Shown: in pieces, positions 8,882-17,723 of the stretch | How positions within the stretch are numbered: position 1 is the first letter of the stretch | Layout of the letters: each line of letters opens with the position of its first letter | From: a virus | Taxonomy: Duplodnaviria; Heunggongvirae; Uroviricota; Caudoviricetes | DNA: 34,300 nt | Reading direction: 5' to 3' (one strand) | IMG/VR virus record: IMGVR_UViG_2778261246_000006 | Position numbers and translations under genes: made by a program | Notes under the pieces: generated by a model | Databases searched by the model: none | Seen by the model: only the letters and a program-made list of their open reading frames with translations | What the model was told of the DNA's origin: nothing

Positions 8882-9091
8882 ATGAAAGGAGACGTGAGAG
8901 TGGCAAAATATACACCGGGCCAGAAAGTAAAACATGCAACAGGACATGGTCCAATCATGGTAATTGATCACTACCAATCGGCTACAATGGCAGTTTGTAC
9001 GTGGTTTATTGGTGCTAAGAACCAGCGCGGAGTTTTTCACGAAGATACTCTAGTTTTATTTGTTCCAAAAGCTGAGAGTGATGATGAATGA
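8882..9091 (+). CDS. Small protein (69 aa), YodC/DUF2158-like
   Basis: Pattern GQKVKHATGHGPIMVID...CTWFIGAKNQRGVFHEDTLVLF resembles the GDxVxLKSGGPxMTV...CxWF...F motif of DUF2158 as recalled; start could instead be an internal GTG. Confidence 0.45.
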   Translation: MKGDVRVAKYTPGQKVKHATGHGPIMVIDHYQSATMAVCTWFIGAKNQRGVFHEDTLVLFVPKAESDDE

Positions 9092-9350
9092 TTCTCTGAT
9101 AAAAATAGTTGACTGGATGGTTAATACCACTCGTTCTAATGGTGTGTTGTATCAGTCCGAGGTTGTTGAATTTCTAATCAATGACTTTGGGGACGAGTTC
9201 ATCAAAACTAATGAGAATGGTAATTACGCTATAAGCAGTACTGTGCTAGCAAATTTTAGAAAGGCTAGCAAAGACGATATAGTTTGGGATCGTGAACAGT
9301 TAGCTTGGCGTTTACGCAATGAAAGCGATTTACCCGGACGGATGCAGTAG
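9084..9350 (+). CDS. Hypothetical small protein (88 aa), translationally coupled to the upstream gene
   Basis: ATG at 9084 overlaps the upstream stop (GATGATGAATGA); AT-rich; no motif recognised. Confidence 0.45.
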   Translation: MNDSLIKIVDWMVNTTRSNGVLYQSEVVEFLINDFGDEFIKTNENGNYAISSTVLANFRKASKDDIVWDREQLAWRLRNESDLPGRMQ

Positions 9351-9367
9351 AGATAATACAGATAATA

Positions 9368-9407
9368 GTGAACAAGCTGATAATTTCAACTTGTTCACTT
9401 CTTTTTT
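9368..9407. terminator. Bidirectional rho-independent terminator between the cargo island and portal gene Q
   Basis: Perfect 9-bp inverted repeat GTGAACAAG / CTTGTTCAC followed by TTCTTTTTTAT; lies between convergent genes. Confidence 0.6.
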
Positions 9408-10449
9408 ATGACTGATTATTTTCTAAGCCATAATATTCAAATTTGACTACCTCTTCATCTAACCATTCATTAATTTCGGCAATGCGTTTTTGTAAAGGCA
9501 TCAGTTCATTCCGAACAAATACCCGGCTGGCTTTCTCCACATCCCCAAACCCCCCTACATTATTAGGCATAATCCCCATCATCTGCGGCGGCACTCGGTG
9601 TGCTGCCATCATGTCGTCCCGGCTCACGTTCTTGATATTTAGAAACTCATCCTTCGCCGCGACTTCTGACAACGGGATGATCTGAAGCCCGTCCTTTTTG
9701 CCGTTAGGCGAGTACATAAACAGATTGCGGAAGTTACCTGGTCCTTTGGCGCTTTTCATCGCATTGCGGAGGTTGTTCACATCCTCCTGGTTTTGCGCGG
9801 CATCGGTCATGTACATAATGAAGCCTGCATGACTGCCGTTAATGTAATACTTTCGACGGAACAGCGTGGCGGACTCGTTGAGCAGGGCAGACGGAATGGC
9901 AGAAAGATAGCCGGGCAGGCCGTAGATCTCCTGATTAATATCCGGTTCCATCAGATGAAAAATGCTGCCTTTCGTGAACTGATACGGCTGGGTTGTCATA
10001 CCGTATTGCATAAACCAGTAGGTATCCAGGTCTAACCCGCGTCGGGTGTATTTTGCCAGAGCAGGCTCAAGGGCTATAACTTCACCGAAGCGGTTCGTGC
10101 GTTTCTCCAGGTAGGCGTTACCAAATACCAGATAGTCCTGCACAAAACGTGAAAAAGCCTGCTGGCTGAGCAGCGGGTGAGGGATGTAGGTACTGGTCAG
10201 AATGTTGCATTTCACCGCAATTGGTGAGCTGTGATGCACGGCGGCGCGGAAGGTTCGTGCCAGTCCGTCAAAGCTGACGGGCGGCTCATACCAGCGATCC
10301 ATCTGTACGCATTCCACATAGTCCAGCAGTTCACGGCGGTCCAGAACAGGAACGGGATCGCCAAAGCTGAATGCTTCGGCTGAAGTCTGGCTTTTATGCT
10401 TGAGCTGATTCGTCGCCGCAGCGCGGTTTTTCTTACTCTTTCCCATCAA
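9406..10449 (-). CDS. Q: Portal protein (P2 gpQ)
   Basis: 347 aa, first gene of the leftward late operon, adjacent to terminase; P2 Q-like size and order. Confidence 0.9.
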   Translation of the reverse strand: MMGKSKKNRAAATNQLKHKSQTSAEAFSFGDPVPVLDRRELLDYVECVQMDRWYEPPVSFDGLARTFRAAVHHSSPIAVKCNILTSTYIPHPLLSQQAFSRFVQDYLVFGNAYLEKRTNRFGEVIALEPALAKYTRRGLDLDTYWFMQYGMTTQPYQFTKGSIFHLMEPDINQEIYGLPGYLSAIPSALLNESATLFRRKYYINGSHAGFIMYMTDAAQNQEDVNNLRNAMKSAKGPGNFRNLFMYSPNGKKDGLQIIPLSEVAAKDEFLNIKNVSRDDMMAAHRVPPQMMGIMPNNVGGFGDVEKASRVFVRNELMPLQKRIAEINEWLDEEVVKFEYYGLENNQS

Positions 10450-12212
10450 AAAATCTCCACAATATTGCTGGTATTGGCGGATTCGCCCTGCAGCGGTTCG
10501 TTAAACAGTGCGTGCATCGTTGCCCAGGCCAGATCGGCGTGGCTGGCTTCTTCGCTGCGGCTGGCTTCATAGGTCGGGCGGTTGCCGCTGGCGGTGGTGG
10601 CGCGACGGATTGCCATGAATGACTGCGCAATGTCGGTGTGCCCGGCGTCAAACTCCAGACGGCGGTGGCTGATAATGTCGTAGGCCTTGAGTACCAGGGC
10701 GTTTTTAACGTTGGGGTTGTAGACAAACTCCCGGACGGCAGGAAAGAACGCTTTCACGTTCTCGTAAACCCCGTGACCAACGCCGGTTGAGTCGATACCG
10801 ATATAAGTCACGTTGTACTGTTCGGTAAGTTTTTTGATGGCGTCAGCCTGGGCGCGGAAGTCCATCCCGCGCCACTGGTGACGCTCAAGAATGCGGAACT
10901 TACCACCCGGCACGGCTGGCGGTGCCACCACCACGCATCCAGCGCTGTCGCCGTTTTGCGTACCTTTTGCCGGGTCATAACCGATCCACACTTCGCGCCA
11001 GCCAAACGGGCGCAGCGCCAGTGCATGAAAGTCGGTCCAGACTTCCCAACTGTCCACCATGCACGCCTGCAGCTCGCTGAGCGGAAACACGGACGCGAGA
11101 TCGTCCACAAACTCGCACATCAGCAGGTTCTGGTATTCGTCCGGGCTGTACTCCATGCGTAGCTGGTCGAGGTCGAACAGGTTACAGCCGCCGCGCACCG
11201 CATCTTCCACGGTGACTATCTGGCGGTATTGCCCGTCTGCGCACAGCAGGCCGGGGGCCAGATTGCTGTGGGACAGATCGATGTCCACCTTATCGGCTTT
11301 GTTGCGCCCACGGTTGAACAGCGCACCGGACCAGAACGGATAAGCACTGTGTGTCAGACTGGATGGCGTGGAAAAATAGGTTTGTCGCCATTTTTTGTGA
11401 ATAGCCATACCGGAAGCCACTTTGCGCAGCTCCTGGAATTTCGGTATCCAGAAATATTCATCCAGATACAGGTTGCCGTGGTAACTCTGGGCCGTGCGGG
11501 CATTGGTGCCGAGGAAGTAAAGCGTGGCCCCGTTAGGAAGCACCATCGGATCGCCTTTCAGCTCCACCTCCACTTCTTTGGCAAAGTCGATGATGTACTG
11601 TTTAAAGACGTGGGCCTGAGCCTTGCTGGCAGAAAGGAAAATCTGGTTACGCCCGGTCAGCAGGGCGTCAATCAGGGCTTCACGGGCAAAGTAAAAGGTC
11701 GCGCCGATCTGGCGTGACTTCAGCAGGTTGCGGATGCGGTTGGTTTTTCCGGCTTCCCACCAGTGGCGCTGGTAGTTGAACATAGAGGAATGGAAGATTT
11801 CTTCCAGTTTCTCAATCTGTTCATCGGTGAAAACATTCTTTTCCGGCTGACGACGTGGGCCTTTGTTGCGGTTGGCAACGTTAGGGTTTAAGTCGGCTTC
11901 ATTGCCGCCATTGTTAAACTTGCCGATCCGCGCGTGGCGCTCAGACTGGCGTGCCAGCAGGTCAATTTCTTTGAAATCTTTCCCTTCTTTGTGCTCCTTC
12001 ATAATGAGCTGGCAGTAGCGTGCGGCGGTGGTGAGCTGCATCTGATCCAGCGGCCCATAGTCACCCCACTTGTCGCGTTTTTTCCAGCTGTGAACGGTTG
12101 CAACTTTCTCGCCCAGCATTTCAGCAATGCGGGCTACGCGGTATCCCTGAAAGTACAGCAGCATGGCCTGCCGACGGGGATCGAGATCTGCGGGTGTCAG
12201 TGTGGTGTTCAT
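10446..12212 (-). CDS. P: Terminase large (ATPase) subunit (P2 gpP)
   Basis: 588 aa; Walker B-like LYLDEYFW; divergent from scaffold gene O as in P2. Confidence 0.9.
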   Translation of the reverse strand: MNTTLTPADLDPRRQAMLLYFQGYRVARIAEMLGEKVATVHSWKKRDKWGDYGPLDQMQLTTAARYCQLIMKEHKEGKDFKEIDLLARQSERHARIGKFNNGGNEADLNPNVANRNKGPRRQPEKNVFTDEQIEKLEEIFHSSMFNYQRHWWEAGKTNRIRNLLKSRQIGATFYFAREALIDALLTGRNQIFLSASKAQAHVFKQYIIDFAKEVEVELKGDPMVLPNGATLYFLGTNARTAQSYHGNLYLDEYFWIPKFQELRKVASGMAIHKKWRQTYFSTPSSLTHSAYPFWSGALFNRGRNKADKVDIDLSHSNLAPGLLCADGQYRQIVTVEDAVRGGCNLFDLDQLRMEYSPDEYQNLLMCEFVDDLASVFPLSELQACMVDSWEVWTDFHALALRPFGWREVWIGYDPAKGTQNGDSAGCVVVAPPAVPGGKFRILERHQWRGMDFRAQADAIKKLTEQYNVTYIGIDSTGVGHGVYENVKAFFPAVREFVYNPNVKNALVLKAYDIISHRRLEFDAGHTDIAQSFMAIRRATTASGNRPTYEASRSEEASHADLAWATMHALFNEPLQGESANTSNIVEIF

Positions 12213-12258
12213 GGCACAAACCTACAGCCTTGAATGAAGGCTTTCCCCGCCTGCGGTT

Positions 12259-12276
12259 TGTGTGGTTATCGGTACA
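12259..12276. promoter_or_regulatory. Ogr/B-dependent late promoter element (TGT-N12-ACA) in the P/O divergent intergenic region
   Basis: TGTGTGGTTATCGGTACA; position matches P2 PP/PO late promoters. Confidence 0.5.
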
Positions 12277-12354
12277 AATACCGCGCATTGTTTCACTGCC
12301 CCCATCACCGCAACCATAAGGCTCCAGTAAGTTTTTTCTAACGGAGCACGGCTC

Positions 12355-13188
12355 ATGACAGTGAAAGCAAAGCGTTTTCGCATCGGGGTGGAAGGTGCCA
12401 CCACCGATGGACGCGAAATCCAGCGTGAATGGCTGGAACAGATGGCAGCCAGCTACAACCCGGCGGTGTATACCGCGCTGATTAACCTTGAGCACATCAA
12501 GTCTTATCTGCCGGACAGCACCTTTAACCGCTACGGCAAGGTGACGGCGCTGTTTGCTGAAGAAATCACGGAAGGTCCGCTGGCAGGCAAGATGGCGCTG
12601 TATGCCGACGTTGAGCCAACGGAGTCCCTGGTGGAGCTGGTGAAAAAAGGCCAGAAATTATTCACCTCTATGGAAGTCAGCCCGAAGTTCGCTGATACGG
12701 GCAAAGCCTACCTGGTCGGCCTGGCTGCCACTGATGACCCTGCCAGTCTGGGCACTGAAATGCTGACATTCAGCGCCAGTGCAGCCCATAACCCGCTGGC
12801 AAACCGCAAGCAGAATCCTGCCAATCTCTTTACCGCTGCAGAGGAAACGGTGATCGAACTGGAAGAAATCCAGGAGGACAAACCGTCCCTGTTTGCCCGT
12901 GTCACGGCGCTGTTCACCAAAAAAGAGCAGTCCGATGACGCCCGGTTCTCTGATGTGCATAAGGCCGTGGAACTGGTCGCCACTGAGCAGCAGAACCTGA
13001 GTGCGCGCACCGAAAAATCCCTGTCTGAGCAGGAAGAACGCCTGTCTGAGCTGGAGACTGCCCTGCAGGCACAGCTGACCGCCTTTAACGAACTGGTGGA
13101 CAAGCTGAGCCATGAAGACAGCCGCCAGGACTACCGCCAGCGTGCAACAGGCGGTAACGCCCCCGCTGACACTCTGACCAATTGCTGA
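12355..13188 (+). CDS. O: Capsid scaffolding protein (P2 gpO)
   Basis: 277 aa, acidic/coiled-coil C-terminus, position before major capsid. Confidence 0.85.
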   Translation: MTVKAKRFRIGVEGATTDGREIQREWLEQMAASYNPAVYTALINLEHIKSYLPDSTFNRYGKVTALFAEEITEGPLAGKMALYADVEPTESLVELVKKGQKLFTSMEVSPKFADTGKAYLVGLAATDDPASLGTEMLTFSASAAHNPLANRKQNPANLFTAAEETVIELEEIQEDKPSLFARVTALFTKKEQSDDARFSDVHKAVELVATEQQNLSARTEKSLSEQEERLSELETALQAQLTAFNELVDKLSHEDSRQDYRQRATGGNAPADTLTNC

Positions 13189-13204
13189 TGGAGCACAAAA
13201 CCTG

Positions 13205-14263
13205 ATGAAGAAGAATACCCGCTTTGCTTTTAACGCTTACCTGCAGCAGCTGGCGCGTCTGAACGGTGTGGCAGTTGAAGAACTGTCCAGCAAGTTCACC
13301 GTGGAGCCGTCCGTGCAGCAGACGCTGGAAGACCAGATCCAGCAATCCGCCGCATTCCTGACGCTGATTAACGTCACGCCAGTGACTGAGCAGTCTGGTC
13401 AGTTGCTGGGGCTGGGTGTTGGCAGCACCATTGCCGGAACCACTGATACCACCGCAAAAGAGCGTGAGCCTGTCGATCCGACGCTGATGGTCGATGTGGA
13501 ATACAAATGCGAGCAGACCAACGTTGACACGGTACTGACCTACGCGAAGCTGGACCTGTGGGCGAAGTTTCAGGATTTTCAGGTGCGTATCCGTGACGCC
13601 ATCGTGAAACGTCAGGCACTGGACCGCATCATGATCGGTTTTAACGGCGTGAAGCGTGCGAAAACCTCCAATCGTAGCGAAAACCCGCTACTGCAGGATG
13701 TGAATAAAGGCTGGCTGCAGAAAATCCGTGAGGATGCACCGGATCACGTCATGGGCAGCACCACCACGGGCGGTGAAACCACACCGGGTGCGGTGAAAGT
13801 CGGGAAAGGGGGCGAATATGCCAACCTGGACGCCGTGGTGATGGATGCGGTCAATGAGCTTATCGACGTGGTCTACCAGGACGATGACGATCTGGTGGTG
13901 ATTTGCGGGCGTGAACTGCTGTCTGACAAGTATTTCCCGCTGGTTAACAAAGAGCAGGAAAACAGTGAAAAACTGGCTGCCGATATGATCATCAGTCAGA
14001 AACGCATGGGTGGCCTGCAGGCCGTGCGTGCGCCGTTCTTCCCGCCGAATGCACTGCTGATCACCCGTCTGGATAACCTGTCCATCTACTGGCAGGAAGA
14101 CACCCGCCGCCGCTCAGTTATCGACAACCCGAAACGTGACCGGATTGAAAACTTTGAATCCGTTAACGAAGCCTATGTGGTTGAGGACTACCGCTGCGCC
14201 GCACTGGTGGAAAACATCCAGATTGGCGACTTCAGCGCCGCCGCAGCAGAAGCCGGAGCGTAA
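13205..14263 (+). CDS. N: Major capsid protein (P2 gpN)
   Basis: 352 aa, order O-N-M. Confidence 0.9.
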   Translation: MKKNTRFAFNAYLQQLARLNGVAVEELSSKFTVEPSVQQTLEDQIQQSAAFLTLINVTPVTEQSGQLLGLGVGSTIAGTTDTTAKEREPVDPTLMVDVEYKCEQTNVDTVLTYAKLDLWAKFQDFQVRIRDAIVKRQALDRIMIGFNGVKRAKTSNRSENPLLQDVNKGWLQKIREDAPDHVMGSTTTGGETTPGAVKVGKGGEYANLDAVVMDAVNELIDVVYQDDDDLVVICGRELLSDKYFPLVNKEQENSEKLAADMIISQKRMGGLQAVRAPFFPPNALLITRLDNLSIYWQEDTRRRSVIDNPKRDRIENFESVNEAYVVEDYRCAALVENIQIGDFSAAAAEAGA

Positions 14264-14266
14264 ACC

Positions 14267-14917
14267 ATGAGCCTGAGTCCCGCACGGCAGCATCGCCTGC
14301 GCGTTCAGGCTGAACAGGCCGCCCGTGAGGGCGGCAGTGTTCGCCACGCGTCGGGCTATGACCTGATGCTGCTGCAACTGGCGGAAGACCGCCGCCGTCT
14401 CAAGGGCGTTCAGTCCACGGTGAAAAAAGCGGAAATAAAGGTGGAGCTGCTGCCGAAATATGCCGCCTGGGCGGAGGGCGTCCTGGCTGCCGGAGGCGCT
14501 CAACAGGATGACGTGCTGATGTACGTGATGCTGTGGCGCATTGATGCCGGAGATTATGCCGGGGCGCTGGAGATCGGGCGTCATGCCCTGCGTCATGGCT
14601 GGGTGATGCCGCTGGGTAACCGCAACGTGCAGACCGTGCTGGCAGAGGAAATGGCAGACGCCGCGCAGAGCGCAATGCTTGCCGCCACCGGCTTTGATGC
14701 CGATCTGTTGTTGCAGACGCTGGAGCTGACAGACGGTCTGGATATGCCGGACCAGTCACGGGCGCGTCTGCATAAAGCGATTGGCGCTGTCCTGAGTGAA
14801 AGCAATCCGGCTTCCGCCCTTAATCATCTCAACCATGCGTTACAGCTTGATCCCCGCTGTGGCGTGAAAAAAGACAAACAGCAGCTGGAGCGCAGACTGC
14901 GCAATGACAGCCGCTGA
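14267..14917 (+). CDS. M: Terminase small subunit / endonuclease (P2 gpM)
   Basis: 216 aa, order after N. Confidence 0.85.
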   Translation: MSLSPARQHRLRVQAEQAAREGGSVRHASGYDLMLLQLAEDRRRLKGVQSTVKKAEIKVELLPKYAAWAEGVLAAGGAQQDDVLMYVMLWRIDAGDYAGALEIGRHALRHGWVMPLGNRNVQTVLAEEMADAAQSAMLAATGFDADLLLQTLELTDGLDMPDQSRARLHKAIGAVLSESNPASALNHLNHALQLDPRCGVKKDKQQLERRLRNDSR

Positions 14918-15012
14918 CAGAACGTGCCCCCGCGCACGGGCGGCACGGGGTGGCGAAAGGCACTGCCACATCAAAACCCCGTCCACCGCCCTCTATTTCA
15001 GGAGAAAGCAGC

Positions 15013-15477
15013 ATGAAGTTTGTTGCGCCAGAACAGGCACCGGAACAGGCGGAAATCATCAGAAATACGCCGTTCTGGCCTGATGTGGACCTGTCGGAGT
15101 TTCGCAGTGTCATGCGCACTGACGGCACGGTGACGCAGCCGCGTTTAAAGCAGGTTGCGCTGTCGGCAATTTCGGAGGTCAACGCAGAGCTGTATGAGTT
15201 TCGCAGACGTCAGCAGATGCTGGGGTATGTGTCGCTGGCTGAGGTTCCGGCGGAACAGCTGGACGGCAAAAGTGAGCGCATTCAGCACTATTTCAACGCG
15301 GTTTACTGCTGGGCACGCGCCATGCTCAACGAACGATACCAGGACTATGACGCCACGGCATCCGGTGTGAAGCGAGGCGAGGAACTGGCGGAATCCAGCG
15401 GTGATTTGTGGCGTGACGCCCGCTGGGCCATCAGCCGGGTGCAGGATGCGCCGCACTGCACAGTGGAGCTTATCTGA
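15013..15477 (+). CDS. L: Head completion/stabilization protein (P2 gpL)
   Basis: AGGAG RBS at 15001 before ATG 15013 (MKFVAPEQ...); the ORF-track start at 14950 is probably an extension. Confidence 0.85.
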   Translation: MKFVAPEQAPEQAEIIRNTPFWPDVDLSEFRSVMRTDGTVTQPRLKQVALSAISEVNAELYEFRRRQQMLGYVSLAEVPAEQLDGKSERIQHYFNAVYCWARAMLNERYQDYDATASGVKRGEELAESSGDLWRDARWAISRVQDAPHCTVELI

Positions 15478-15680
15478 TGAAAGTGCGTGCGCATCAGTAT
15501 GACACGGTGGACGCGCTTTGCTGGCGTCATTACGGGCGCACGCAGGGTGTCACGGAGCAGGTACTGAAGGCAAATCCGGGGCTTGCCGAATATGGCCCCT
15601 TTTTACCTCACGGGCTGCAGGTGGAGCTGCCGGACATTCCGACCACTACCACCGTGCAGACCGTCCAGCTATGGGACTGA
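15477..15680 (+). CDS. X: Tail protein X (P2 gpX)
   Basis: 67 aa; overlapping start/stop with L; conserved position. Confidence 0.8.
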   Translation: MKVRAHQYDTVDALCWRHYGRTQGVTEQVLKANPGLAEYGPFLPHGLQVELPDIPTTTTVQTVQLWD

Positions 15681-15683
15681 ATT

Positions 15684-15899
15684 ATGACGCTTGAGCGAAT
15701 CAGCGCCTTTATCACGTACTGCATCGCCGTTGTGCTGGCCTGGCTGGGCGATTTGTCCATCAAGGATGCCTCAACGCTGGGCGGCCTGATGATTGGTGTG
15801 CTGATGCTGGCTATCAACTGGTACTACAAACACAAAGCCTACCAGCTTCTGCGCGACGGGCAGATCTCGCGGGAGGACTATGAATCCATCAATCGTTAA
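15684..15899 (+). CDS. Holin (small two-TMD, pinholin-like)
   Basis: 71 aa with two hydrophobic segments and charged C-terminus, immediately upstream of the endolysin. Confidence 0.6.
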   Translation: MTLERISAFITYCIAVVLAWLGDLSIKDASTLGGLMIGVLMLAINWYYKHKAYQLLRDGQISREDYESINR

Positions 15900-16392
15900 A
15901 CGCTGCCTTGTCGGGGCCGTGCTGGCTATTGCTGCCACGCTGCCGGGGTTTCAGCAGCTTCACACCTCCGTGGAGGGGCTGAAACTGATTGCCGATTACG
16001 AAGGCTGTCGTCTGCAGCCGTATCAGTGCAGCGCGGGCGTCTGGACCGACGGCATTGGTAACACGTCAGGCGTCATTCCCGGCAAAACCATTACGGAACG
16101 ACAGGCAGCAGAAGGACTGATTTCCAACGTGCTGCGTGTGGAGCGGGCGCTGGAAAGGTGTGTGACACAACAGCCGCCGCAGAAGGTATATGACGCTGCG
16201 GTGTCGTTTGCCTTCAACGTGGGAACGGGCAATGCCTGCAGTTCCACGCTGGTGAAATTACTCAATCAGCGGCGCTGGGCGGATGCGTGCCGACAGTTGC
16301 CGCGCTGGGTTTATGTGAGAGGTGTGTTTAATCAGGGGCTGGATAACCGCCGTGCGCGGGAGATGGCCTGGTGTTTACAGGGAGCAAACTGA
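15880..16392 (+). CDS. SAR endolysin (T4-lysozyme-type muramidase, P21 R-like)
   Basis: Gly/Ala-rich N-terminal signal-anchor-release-like segment CLVGAVLAIAATLPGF; EGLKLIADYEG...WTDGIGNT catalytic region; C-terminal similarity to P21 R as recalled. Confidence 0.8.
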   Translation: MNPSIVKRCLVGAVLAIAATLPGFQQLHTSVEGLKLIADYEGCRLQPYQCSAGVWTDGIGNTSGVIPGKTITERQAAEGLISNVLRVERALERCVTQQPPQKVYDAAVSFAFNVGTGNACSSTLVKLLNQRRWADACRQLPRWVYVRGVFNQGLDNRRAREMAWCLQGAN

Positions 16393-16393
16393 A

Positions 16394-16771
16394 ATGAAAA
16401 AGAAATTAATCAGCGGGCTGTTTCTGATGTTATGGATGGCGCTGTTAATCGCAGCAATGGTGTATCCGCAGGGGATTTTTCCGGTACTGGCAGCGTCCGG
16501 CGTTTGGGTAGCCTGTTTACTGACATGGGCGGTAATTCCGGTAGCACTGGCTGCGTTAATTAAGAATGGCCCGCTCTGGCAGGAGTTGAGGGCATCTTTG
16601 CTGAAGACCATTACCCGAAAAGAAAACGTATTTATCAGCTGGGTGATGCGATTGCTGATTGTCGTAAGTCTCGCCTGGACGGGGTGGGCTATTACCCTGG
16701 TCTTTTATCTACTGACCGTTATTGCCTTCTGGATCACCCGTAATCAGATGGCGCAACAGGTAGCAGCATGA
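16394..16771 (+). CDS. Lysis-accessory membrane protein (LysA-like), four predicted TMDs
   Basis: GGAG RBS before the ATG at 16394 (MKKKLISGLFLML...); hydrophobic segments; position between endolysin and spanins. Confidence 0.5.
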   Translation: MKKKLISGLFLMLWMALLIAAMVYPQGIFPVLAASGVWVACLLTWAVIPVALAALIKNGPLWQELRASLLKTITRKENVFISWVMRLLIVVSLAWTGWAITLVFYLLTVIAFWITRNQMAQQVAA

Positions 16772-17196
16772 ACCGGTTGCTGCTGGTTATGCTGGCGTTA
16801 TTACTGGCGGCGCTGGGCTGGCAGACGTGGCGGCTGGCTGATGCCAGCCAGACCATCAGCACGCAGGCAGACGAGCTGCAGAGCAAAAGCCAGGCACTGG
16901 CAAAGAGCAACAGCCAGCTTATCAGCCTGTCCATTCTGACTGAAACCAATAACCGGGAGCAGGCGCGGCTCTATGCCGAAGCAGAACAGACCAGCGCGCT
17001 GCTGAGACAACGACAACACCGGATAGAGGAACTGAAACGTGAGAACGAGGATTTACGCCGCTGGGCTGATACTCCTTTGCCTGCTGACATTATCCGGCTG
17101 CGGGAACGTCCGACGCTCACCGGAGGTGCAGCTTACCGTCAGTGGTTGTCCGCGAGTGACGCCGTGTCGGCTGGATCAGGCAGCGCCGCGCACTAA
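16768..17196 (+). CDS. lysB: Inner-membrane spanin (LysB / Rz-like)
   Basis: N-terminal TMD MNRLLLVMLALLLAALGW, coiled-coil periplasmic domain. Confidence 0.7.
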   Translation: MNRLLLVMLALLLAALGWQTWRLADASQTISTQADELQSKSQALAKSNSQLISLSILTETNNREQARLYAEAEQTSALLRQRQHRIEELKRENEDLRRWADTPLPADIIRLRERPTLTGGAAYRQWLSASDAVSAGSGSAAH

Positions 17197-17329
17197 CGGT
17201 GATCTGAACGCGTTGCTGGATGAAACGGAGGCCGCCTGGGCGGTCTGTGCAGACAAAGTGGACATGATTATTGCGTGTCAGGAGCGAAACAGTGAACAAA
17301 CCACAATCCCTGCGCCACGCCCTCAATAA
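17039..17329 (+). CDS. lysC: Outer-membrane lipoprotein spanin (LysC / Rz1-like), starting inside lysB in the +1 frame
   Basis: Lipobox LTLSGC after a signal peptide; Pro-rich; overlaps the lysB 3' end and the R 5' end. Confidence 0.65.
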   Translation: MRTRIYAAGLILLCLLTLSGCGNVRRSPEVQLTVSGCPRVTPCRLDQAAPRTNGDLNALLDETEAAWAVCADKVDMIIACQERNSEQTTIPAPRPQ

Positions 17330-17723
17330 AGCAGTGCCTTATGTCCGCAATAACCCGGACAAACTGCATCTGTTTGTGGATAACGGTTCGCTGGTTGCCA
17401 CGGGGGCCAGCTCCATGTCATGGGAGTACCGCTACACCCTGAACGTGGTGATTGAGGATTTCAGCGGCGACCAGAATCTGCTGATGGCCCCGGTTTTGCT
17501 GTGGCTGCGTGATAACCAGCCCGATGCCATCAATAACCCGGCGTTACGGGAAAAGCTATTCACCTTTGAGGTGGATATTCTGCGCAACGATGTCTGTGAT
17601 CTCAGCCTCAACCTGCAACTGACGGAGCGTGTGCTGGTCAGCACTGACGGCAGTGTGTCGAGCGTTGAAGCTATAGCGGAACCTGATGAACCTGAAGAAA
17701 TGTGGACAGTGAAACGTGGCTGA
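17292..17723 (+). CDS. R: Tail completion protein R (P2 gpR)
   Basis: AGGAG at 17280 then GTG 17292 (VNKPQSLRHAL...); the alternative ATG at 17271 has no RBS. Confidence 0.8.
   Translation: MNKPQSLRHALNKAVPYVRNNPDKLHLFVDNGSLVATGASSMSWEYRYTLNVVIEDFSGDQNLLMAPVLLWLRDNQPDAINNPALREKLFTFEVDILRNDVCDLSLNLQLTERVLVSTDGSVSSVEAIAEPDEPEEMWTVKRG

Noticed and set aside
14950-15012. Upstream extension of head completion gene L
   Set aside because: An AGGAG RBS sits inside the extension, directly before the ATG at 15013, which gives the conserved MKFVAPE N-terminus.
16322-16393. Upstream extension of the LysA-like membrane protein ORF
   Set aside because: The extension overlaps the endolysin 3' end; a GGAG RBS precedes the ATG at 16394 and the hydrophobic N-terminus begins there.
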